DNA of 63,259 nucleotides, the filler included, from Octopus bimaculoides (Eukaryota), in NCBI RefSeq assembly GCF_001194135.2. It is 5 parts of 5 records of this genome, joined end to end, with 100 filler letters (N's around TTAATTAATTAA, not from the genome) between each part and the next. Parts side by side here need not be neighbours in the genome. Positions count along the whole stretch, not along the records: positions 26,285 to 56,308 come from NC_068986.1; positions 56,409 to 59,142 come from NC_068993.1; positions 59,243 to 61,771 come from NW_026376616.1; 2 more parts are not named here. One strand, given 5' to 3'. Below are positions 49,615 to 59,789 of this stretch, piece by piece. The translations under genes were made by a program, and so were the position numbers. The notes beneath the pieces were generated by a model. It had not been told where the DNA came from. It made no database searches and was given only the letters and a program-made list of their open reading frames with translations. Every line of letters begins with the position of its first letter. Positions within the stretch are counted from its first letter, which is position 1.

Positions 49615-49675
49615 TAATAACTGACGAGATGCCAGAGCAGACTTCTGCCCTGACATCCGAAACTGAGTTTTATTA
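49615..49675 (+). ncRNA. Nearly intact minimal type I hammerhead ribozyme motif
   Basis: TAATAA-CTGACGA-stem II (11 bp, 2 mismatches, ACTT loop)-c-GAAAC-TGA-GTT-TTATTA; stem I 6 bp perfect. Confidence 0.7.
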
Positions 49676-49989
49676 TGGCAACCAACTAATTGTCTCATAT
49701 TATATTTTATATATACACACACACCCCAATGCAAACACAGTATGTACAAAAGAATTCAGTTTAGGCTAGTCAAGTGCAACACATCAACATTTAATCATAT
49801 AGAGCACAATTACAGTTAGCACATGAACAGCAGGACCATTTCTTTGAGGACCTCCCTCAAACTACCTTGATATGAAATGGTAAGCAACTGCATCATCATT
49901 TTTAGCAATTTTAATGGACTCATTTGATAAGAACACAATAGATTTTCCTGTATATAAGTACTTATATATTTATATTACGGTGGTAGAGT

Positions 49990-50218
49990 TTAAGCCTTTA
50001 GCATTTAAAGTGGCCATATTTGGTCAAATTATTCTATTTGTGTTTATGCTTAAATCAGCTGGATCTGGCCTTTAACATCTACCCTACAATGTCATTCTGA
50101 ATATAAACAATCATATCAATGAAATATTGAAGCTATGAGATAAGCATTGATTAATTCAAACCAATGAGAATAATTAAGCATTACATTTGAGAGAGTTATC
50201 TGAATGCTAATGAGTTAA
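49990..50218 (+). mobile_element. piggyBac-type MITE with TTAA ends
   Basis: TTAA|gcctttagcatt...aatgctaatgag|TTAA. Confidence 0.8.
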
Positions 50219-50637
50219 AGAAGAAACAAAGAACTACAGTTGTTTCAAGTCCAGTGTTGATTTTCTACAGTCAGAAATCGTTTGGATGTCATGTCATATG
50301 CAGGGGTTAGTTCAATGTATTTTTACTTTCTCCCTATTCAGGTAATTTCCCTTTATTTAACGGTCAGTCTCATAGCTCTTTTGTTTGTCTTAATAACAGT
50401 CATCTTCATAGTAATTTCCCTTTATTTAATGATCATTTTCATAGCATTTTTGTTTGTCTTAATAACTGATGAGGTGCCAGAGCAGACTTCCACCCCGACA
50501 TCCGAGTTTTATTGTGGCAGCCAACTAATTGTCACATATTATATTATAGATAAATTCCTTTATTTTACATAATATCGAGGTCTCATTCATTCTTTTGTTA
50601 TATTATTATTATATATATATATATATATAATTGTACA

Positions 50638-51020
50638 GTGGAGGCACAATGGCCCAGGGGTTAGGACAGCAGACTCGCGATCATATGATTGCTGTTTCGA
50701 TTCCCAGACCGGGTGTTATGTTTATTGAGTGAAAACACCTAAAGCTCCACGAGACTCTGGCAGGGGGTGGTGGCGAACCCTGCTGTACTCTTTCACCACA
50801 ATTTTCTCTCACTCTTTCTTCCTGTTTCTGTTGTACCTGTATTTCAAAGGGCCAGCCTTGTCACACCACTCTGTCACGCTAAATCTCCCCGAGAACTACA
50901 TTAAGGGCACATGTGTCTGTGTAGTGCTCAGCCATTTGCACGTTAATTTCACAAGCAGGCTGTTCCGTTGATCAGATCAACTGGCACCCTCATCGTCATA
51001 ACTGACAGAGTGCCACGATG
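50638..51020 (+). mobile_element. SINE family 3 variant (different centre, tail X shared with 14222)
   Basis: gaggcacaatggcccaggggttagg...tttcgattccc head; ctgtatttcaaagggccagccttgtcac...gatcagatcaactgg tail. Confidence 0.75.
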
Positions 51021-53152
51021 ATGTCTACAAGTATGGTCTAAAATAGTTAAAGGACAGATTCTCAAGTGCTGTTGACTGGCCTTTGAAGAAATCTAATCAT
51101 AAATATCCTCCTCTTCAGAATAAGTACCAGTGGGCATTGGGGTTGATGTAATTGATTAGCCCCACTCCCCTAAAATTTCAGGCCTTATGCCTATCACAGG
51201 AAGAATTGTTATTATTGCATTAATTTGGTTTGCTCATGTCTCGTGCATGTCATGAAGAGTTTACTGGATACTTCCAGCAGTAATTCTTGTTACTCCAATT
51301 AGTTTCAAACAGAACAGCATCACTCTGAAATTCTTATGTATTTATTATTCAGAGCAACCCTGGTATCTGTATAGTAAATATTTATAAGATTTTTAACTGT
51401 GAAGTGCACATGTATACGCATGTGCTCACACACTCTCATGTATGTGTGTATATTGGCATATTTCTATGTGACCATGTACATAGATCTGCATATGTGTATG
51501 TACGATTGAAAAGAAACCTTAAGTTTTGATTTGTGTTATTAAGTAATTTTATGTTCTCAGATTTATCTTACAATTAAACTCTGTCAGTTGAGAAACAAAC
51601 CATTTTTTTTTCTTTTCTCAACCCCCTACTGACTTCAGGGTTATTTATTTTTTTCAATTGCTACTAGAACAAGAAGAAATGTAGCAGTCTCTTAATTTTA
51701 AGCTGTTGTTTCTTACTCGTTTATTTATTTTTGATGTTCCAAGTTGTTGAAATGCTATGTAACTGTATCTGTTCTCAAATGCTGACAATGGATGCATTGT
51801 TTGCTTGTGTGTGTGTGTGTGTGTCTAGTATTTTTTTAATTTCATTTACATTTAACAAATAGAACATTAAAATTCCTTTTTATAAGCAAAATGGAAAAAC
51901 AAATAAATTTGTAATAAAAAAAATCCATTGCCAACAACAACATAAGATCTGAAGTAAAGCTAAGTCCAGTGTGTTCTTAGCTGTTGACAGAGCAAGTTTG
52001 TGTACACAGTTGTTATTGTTGTTCCCTTAAAAAATTGATAGCGTGTGGGGATGTGGAGAGACTTGACTTGGGTTGATATATAGAATTGCTTTACTCAGTC
52101 TCTCTCTCTCACACCTCATTCTTTCCCTCCTTCTATCTTACACTTATGAATTCTTTCTCTGTTGAAGTGAAAAAAATTTTTCTCTCCTCCAGAGTTGTTG
52201 GATGAACAAGTAATAATATACTGCTACTTCATGCTAGCTAAAGTTGATTTGGAGTCACCCCATAATCTCCTGCTCCTTTCCTTCTCTCTCACCCCTCCCT
52301 CTCTATTTTTTATGGGAACTAGTCAGCACAATATGATCTTTTATGTTGAGAATGCCCTTCCCCTCCCTCTCAGATTATTCTCTTGTTTTTATTTTTCGTT
52401 TTTGGCACTTCTGTTTTCTTCCCCACCCTGCCAGGTGTGAGGGTGGGCATTTTTTCTCATTCTTTCATTTACAGATCTTCTTCCTTCTCTCTCCTTTTTA
52501 CTCAATCTTTTCCTCCCTTTCACTATTTCTGTTTTCCCTGTGTCTCTCTGCCCCTCTCTTGCCATACACATTTCTGGTGAATATTTTTTTTTATGTTCAA
52601 AAACTATTTAGAATTACTGCTAGATTTGCCCACATTTTTTCTTCCCATGACACTGTTTATAAAAAGTCTTTTAGTATTGATAGCAGGAATTATTTATGTT
52701 GCTTCCTGCCATTCCTCTTTTTTCTTCTTTTACTGCCTTAAAAACCATTATTTCGATGCATTGAGAGCATATCCTCAAAAAAATTAAGTCCATATCTCTT
52801 TAATTGTTACAGTGTTATATTGCTGGTTAGTTGAAATTGTTGACACTTTTTGCTTGCAATATCTTTTTCTTATGTTTTGGCAGAACCAAAACACCATCAG
52901 AAAAAATCTTTCAAGAATTGAAATGATAATTCACAAGTATGGCTCAGATGAGAGCAAAGATGATGTCTTGGACCAATGGTCACAATGCTTTTGGGGATTA
53001 CAAAGGAGGTAATCAGGAAGGTTTTTAGCAAAAAAAATAAAATGAAAAAAAAGTATGATTATTTAGTGGATATTGAGGGTAAATTGTTCAGTTTACGGGC
53101 ATAATAAAAGTAAATAAAAATTAAAGGGGAGATAATAAAAGGGAAGTCAACT

Positions 53153-53750
53153 TCTTATTATAATGGGCGTTAAGTCTGTCTGTCTGTTCCCTTTTAACGG
53201 TCAAATGGCTGGACCAATGGTCACAATGTTTTTTTGGATTATGAAAGAGGTTAATCAGGAAAAATGCGAAGAAGTATGATTATTTATTGGATATAGAGTT
53301 TTGTATTAATAAATCACCTTTTTTTTTTTTTTAAACTCCGGCAACGAGGATTAAGTCTGGATTCTTCCCCCACCATATAGTTTGTGAATTTAGAGGGTTT
53401 GGATTTGTGATACTATCCCTATATTTTGCATCATAGATGGGCAGATTCCTAAAGATTCCACTTGCACAATCACAGCAAACAAGGCACGGGGTCAGACTTT
53501 ATATTGTGTAAGTGTATTTTCACCCACTCTGATGTTTACACACAGACAGTTATACGTCACTATGTTTAGAGCAACAAACTCCAGTAATACGAAAATTAGT
53601 GTTGACCAAACAGAGTATATTGTCTACAAAGAAGTTTTGTAATTATACTGATATTATTGAAAGGAATATGATTCATAATTTAAATAAGGAAATTTGTGAA
53701 CTTTGAGTATATAAGAGTATATGCAAGCGTAAAATAGTGTAAACAACTAA
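53153..53750 (+). mobile_element. Internally deleted Helitron retaining the RepHel helicase C-terminus
   Basis: 5' TCTTATTATAATGGGCG...gtctgtctgtctg; 53442-53642 reads QIPKDSTCTITANKARGQTLYCVSVFSPTLMFTHRQLYV...IVYKEVL*, matching Pif1-like TINKxQGQT...HGQLYV...IVYKEVL. Confidence 0.8.
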
Positions 53751-54725
53751 AATAAAAGTATATCTAAATAACTTTTTTTTAATACTTTTTATGTGGTGGT
53801 CAAAGGAAGGTCTGGCTTTTATTAGAGTGGTCCACATAACCATTCATGATACAGGGGCTGGGAGCCTATTTCAATTCGGGAGTAAATCGTTATTGCATGT
53901 CACTTAGTCACAGACACTTGTCATACTGCTGCAATAGAATACTGTATCACCAACAATAATGTGATTTCTCTAAGATATCGCCCAGTAATCTATCAAGTCC
54001 ATTTACACATTTCTAAATACATACTGCTGTTATGACTTCCTTCCCTCATTTTATGCCTCCATCGTAGATGGGTAGATTTGCTAGTACCTATAATGATTAT
54101 TCCTCACTTAAGCACAAGGCCATAAATTTTGGGAAAGTGTATGATGAATTAAATCAAACTCCAGTAATTGACTGGCACTTTCTTTTTTTTTTTTTATAGC
54201 TCCAAAAAATTGATGGGCAAAGTTGAATGTAACTAAATAGCAAATATATTTTGTATTTTGTCTGGCATTCTGAAGATTCTGTGTTCTTAGACTGGCCACT
54301 GAGTCACACCTAAATACAACTGTACTTATTCCTTCAGTGAATGCAGCATGTCTCAATTGTTTGAAAATTTTCTTTACAATCACAAGATACCAAGTTTACT
54401 TCCACTGGGTTGAGTTATCCTAAGCTGTCTTAGTAAAGTTAGGTAAGTGGAAATTGTGTGGAAGCCTATCAGATACATTGTATCTTTAATTCAGCCTTAT
54501 CTCTCTCCTCCACATCTATGTCCATTCAATGAGTAGACAATTTAGTTGTTCAAACATAGGAACACTCTTCAGTGAAACTGATGAATCGCCATTTTTACTA
54601 ATTATATTTGGCCTGGAAGAATAACATGCATAGTTGACTCATGTAGAGAGATTTTCTGACAAAAACATTACATTTACAAACACTTCAGTTTATGTAAGTA
54701 GATTATTTTCTTTTTTATTAATAAA

Positions 54726-55859
54726 CTAGCAGAAATACCCGGCTTTGCCCGGGTTAAAGAGAATAATGAAATCTAAAAACGCCGTCTAGACTACGCAACC
54801 CTCAACTGTTAGTAGCTATGATACCATATTTCTACATTAATAACTCTCCAATCCATGCCAGCATGGAACATAGACATTAAGTGGAATGCCAGTCTCTCAT
54901 CTAGGAGGGCCTTGAAATCAATGTTACCAACTGGGGACTATGTGTGTCGTAGTGATAATAAAAAGACCCAAAGGAGGTCNNNNNNNNNNNNNNNNNNNNN
55001 NNNNNNNNNNNNNNNNNNNNNNNNNNNNNNNNNNNNNNNNNNNNNNNNNNNNNNNNNNNNNNNNNNNNNNNNNNNNNNNNNNNNNNNNNNNNNNNNNNNN
55101 NNNNNNNNNNNNNNNNNNNNNNNNNNNNNNNNNNNNNNNNNNNNNNNNNNNNNNNNNNNNNNNNNNNNNNNNNNNNNNNNNNNNNNNNNNNNNNNNNNNN
55201 NNNNNNNNNNNNNNNNNNNNNNNNNNNNNNNNNNNNNNNNNNNNNNNNNNNNNNNNNNNNNNNNNNNNNNNNNNNNNNNNNNNNNNNNNNNNNNNNNNNN
55301 NNNNNNNNNNNNNNNNNNNNNNNNNNNNNNNNNNNNNNNNNNNNNNNNNNNNNNNNNNNNNNNNNNNNNNNNNNNNNNNNNNNNNNNNNNNNNNNNNNNN
55401 NNNNNNNNNNNNNNNNNNNNNNNNNNNNNNNNNNNNNNNNNNNNNNNNNNNNNNNNNNNNNNNNNNNNNNNNNNNNNNNNNNNNNNNNNNNNNNNNNNNN
55501 NNNNNNNNNNNNNNNNNNNNNNNNNNNNNNNNNNNNNNNNNNNNNNNNNNNNNNNNNNNNNNNNNNNNNNNNNNNNNNNNNNNNNNNNNNNNNNNNNNNN
55601 NNNNNNNNNNAAAGTATTTGACATGAGTGTTTTTGTTTCACTTTTGACACGTAATACTTAAATAGTGGAGGAGATATTATGTTGCTGTGGGCTCGAACTC
55701 TGCAAGAAGTTAAAATGTTTTTTGACTAAAACACAACTGGAACCCTAAGTAAGGCATGTGTAAAATTTGAATGAAATTGGTTGTGTAGTTCTCGAGTTTT
55801 AGGGATTCACACAGACAGACAGACAGACACACACACATTCTCATTTTTATATATATAGA
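54726..55859 (-). mobile_element. Non-autonomous Helitron ends (5' TC at 55859; 3' hairpin plus CTAG at 54726), gap between
   Basis: Minus strand A|TCTATATATATAAAAATGAG and cccgggcaaagccggg...CTAG|T. That both ends belong to one copy is not proven because of the N gap and an RTE tail fragment near 54845-54880. Confidence 0.65.
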
Positions 55860-56014
55860 TTGTATTCACTTAATCAGTGTCAGATCAAGATAATGGTAGA
55901 CTGTGACTCTGTTCAAAGTTTAACAGTCAGAACAGAATGTAATATGTTAGAGGCATTGTAAAAGGCTTCTATACAGCCCTGGGTTCTCAAGCTTTAAACA
56001 TTGGGCTTGCTGTA

Positions 56015-56308
56015 TCTATATATATAAAAATGAGAATGTGTGTCTGTCTGTCTGTCTGTCTGTCTGAATCCCTAAAACTTGAGAACTACGCAACCAATTT
56101 CATTCAAATTTTACACATGCCTTACTTAGGGTTCCAGTTGTGTTTTAGTCAAAAAATTTTTTAACTTCTTGCAGAGTTCGAGCCCACGGCAACATAATAT
56201 CTCCTCCACTATTTAAGTATTACGTGTCAAAAGTGAAACAAAAACACTCATGTCAAATACTTTCACTTTAAAAATGAAACTATTCCACTAACTGAAACAA
56301 TCACATTT
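56015..56308 (+). mobile_element. Non-autonomous Helitron, 5' part, inverted copy of 55611-55859
   Basis: A|TCTATATATATAAAAATGAG...(gtct)n; reverse-complement match to 55611-55860. Confidence 0.8.
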
Positions 56309-57388
56309 NNNNNNNNNNNNNNNNNNNNNNNNNNNNNNNNNNNNNNNNNNNNTTAATTAATTAANNNNNNNNNNNNNNNNNNNNNNNNNNNNNNNNNNNN
56401 NNNNNNNNATATATATGGTTTTATGTGTATCTGTGTGTTACCATATGTAAAACTTTTTATATCAATACCGACATTTCGCAAATCTCAATTTATTTCTCTG
56501 TGTTTAGCTTCACTTTCAACTCGCATTTATATATTCCCATAGATTTACTTTTCCAAAATACCAAGTTTTATAATGTAATATACAGAGCTGATATAATTAC
56601 GTTTTCATGAAAATGACACTAATATAAAATTTATAATTAAATAATTCTAAATGTGTGTTTGTTGGTTATTGTTATTGCTCATAAATCAATATTTCTAATA
56701 TTGTTCATTTCCATATGTGACTTTTCCTTCATATATACGAGTATAATTCTGGTAATATATAATTTACCAAACTATAATTTGAGACAATCCACTTCAAATT
56801 TTCATGATGTAGTCTGGCCATTACATATTGTGCAAATCCTTCCATTTGATGTGAAATGACTACAAATTAATACCTGGTTTATAAAAAGAAACATAGATAT
56901 GCATATATATATAAATATATATATGTTCGAAGGTTATAAAGGACACAGGTTTCGTGTGTCACATAGCTAGCTAGAGGCGATGGCTTCTTGGAGCTAATTC
57001 ACGGCAGCTTTCGTCCTAATTTTGGGACTGCCATGTTGGCTTGGCGATAACTATTAATTTCCAGTACCGCTGCCGTAGTCTCCTTTAGAGAGACTTAGAA
57101 ATATTAATAACTATATATATATATATATAATATATANNNNNNNNNNNNNNNNNNNNNNNNNNNNNNNNNNNNNNNNNNNNNNNNNNNNNNNNNNNNNNNN
57201 NNNNNNNNNNNNNNNNNNNNNNNNNNNNNNNNNNNNNNNNNNNNNNNNNNNNNNNNNNNNNNNNNNNNNNNNNNNNNNNNNNNNNNNNNNNNNNNNNNNN
57301 NNNNNNNNNNNNNNNNNNNNNNNNNNNNNNNNNNNNNNNNNNNNNNNNNNNNNNNNNNNNNNNNNNNNNNNNNNNNNNNNNNNNNNNN

Positions 57389-57441
<53 letters not shown>

Positions 57442-58474
57442 ATGCATATATAGATGTGTATATATATATATATATATATACATACATACACACCCATCGA
57501 CACACACAGTCATATGTCTTTTTTTATTCATTAGTTATTTATCATATCCCCGTATTTGTTCTTTGTTTAGTTCACAATAAAGACTTTCCTTACACTATAA
57601 ACATATCAATGGCCGCTGAATGATGTAATAACAGTCCCAAATTTCTTATTTGTATTTTTGACAATATCTATTGATATGCTCTTCATCGGTAATCTTTAAG
57701 TTATTTTTGTGAAAATTTTCTAAGACATTAATATCATAATTCAACTTAGCCTTTAGGTCGCCGTATGTATCGACACATTTTCTCTTTAAAATATATAATT
57801 TTATGTAACAAAAATATTTCATAATTTTTTTTTTTCATTATAATAGCTTATTTGTTTACTCTAATGCAGATGCAGAACGAAATTGGAAGCTTTTGCGGAT
57901 GTATATAATTTAGGAAGGTTTTAAGTATATGCATATCTCAACCTTTTATTGCATGACGTATGTTTATATTAATGTTTTAATTTGCTAATGTTTTGTATCT
58001 ATTTTGGAATTGTTTTGTTCCCGTTCATTGCAAAGTTGGTATCTAGCACTAAAACAGAAATTCTTGCAATTTTTTAAATTTTATTCAGTAAGAGTTCTAC
58101 CATGGCTAATGAACTTTGTTGAGCTCTTTGGTCTTCCCATGGAAGCCATCTACTTGTGCCCACACGTAGGCATGCAAGAGAAAACTGACCCTATTTTAAC
58201 GATGATTTGACAGTTGAAATCCAGTACCATTGAGCGGCTCCTCGAGAAAATTTATGATGTAATTAGAAAATGAAAGTACATGAGCTGTAATGAGATTTCC
58301 GATGGAATTCATTTACTTTTAATTTTGATTTTGAACAGGGAGAACCATTGAACTGTGAGATTCGGCCTTGTTACAGACATTTGGTGCATCAAAATTCCTA
58401 GCAACAATGAGTGCTCAGAACTTCACCCGGTGAAATTAGCAGGGACACCAAACGGAACTCTTAAAATATGTGTC

Positions 58475-58540
58475 AAGCGATGTTGGGGGGATAAACACAG
58501 ACACAGAAACATATACACACACGTACACACAGACACACAC

Positions 58541-58599
<59 letters not shown>

Positions 58600-58770
58600 C
58601 GACAGGCTTCTTCCAGTTTCCGTCTACCAAATCCACTCGCAAGGCTTTGGTCGGCTCGAAGCCATAGTAGAAGATACTTGCCGAAGGCGCTACGCAGAGG
58701 TGTACTGAATCTGGAACCATGTGGTTGGTAAACAAGCTACTTACCACACAGCCACTCCTACGTCCTATTA
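58475..58770 (-). mobile_element. SINE family 1, young copy
   Basis: tgtcaagcgatgttggggggataaacac...(CA)n(TA)n...cttaccacacagccactcctacg. Confidence 0.85.
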
Positions 58771-59111
58771 AAATATATTTTATAATTGTTGTCGATGTAG
58801 TTTCAAAAAAGAAAAGTACTGTTATATTCTTTAGTATGTTAATTGATGACGTAGTTAATGAATTCTAAATAACTTATTCGTTTACGTTTTTTCCTCTTGA
58901 TTAAAATCCACCCACGACACATGAATTGTTTAACACATTACATGGACTTAGGATTTTTTTGCATAGTGCATTACTGCTTCACATTTACGTCACAGTAATA
59001 ACACCTAACACACTGAATGTAACAGTAACGAATGACCTATACCTCAGTTTTGATTACATACACAGAGATATATGATAAGGCCAAGATAAAATTACTACTT
59101 GCTGTTGTAGC

Positions 59112-59142
<31 letters not shown>

Positions 59143-59290
59143 NNNNNNNNNNNNNNNNNNNNNNNNNNNNNNNNNNNNNNNNNNNNTTAATTAATTAANN
59201 NNNNNNNNNNNNNNNNNNNNNNNNNNNNNNNNNNNNNNNNNNCATAGAAAATTTCATTAAAAAATATTCATTTTTCTGAAAGTTATGACC

Positions 59291-59323
<33 letters not shown>

Positions 59324-59789
59324 GTAGTGAATTTTGCAGTCATGAAGTGGATTCGATCCCAGATAGCCAAATTTAAATTAATTCTTCTACAGCACGTTTC
59401 TCACGGTATAACAATATTTTTTTTCTGTGATGCCTCTGCTAAGCAAAATAATGTCTTCGCCACTTGACCCTTCTAACCTCTCTTCTATTTCACCAAAAGC
59501 TAGAATTAAGATAACAAGTCACCACCAACGAAATCCGTTGTTCTCAACGACATGTCTTTCCTTCTGGATAGTTAGAGAAACAAGAACCCCAAGCAAAAGT
59601 CAGTTAGAAATAAGGAAAAAAGAAAACACCGGTGGGTCGAATACGAACCCCAAAATATAATCACAGTAATTTTTATACGATTCTCGATTTCCTTATACCG
59701 TTCGATTTCATTTTTCCGATTCGATTTCATATTCCGATTTCTATTAAGTCCTAAGTCCCAAAGCTAAATGTTTTGTATTGTCTTGTATT

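Larger units (their letters stand above)
49546..50610 (+). repeat. Two direct copies of a hammerhead-bearing unit (49546-49710 and 50341-50550) with internal ~69-nt sub-repeats; pLTR/retrozyme-like
   Basis: Near-identical gtcatcttcatagtaatttccctttattta...gtcttaataactgaYgag...caactaattgtc in both copies; the second runs into (TA)n at about 50610. Confidence 0.7.
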
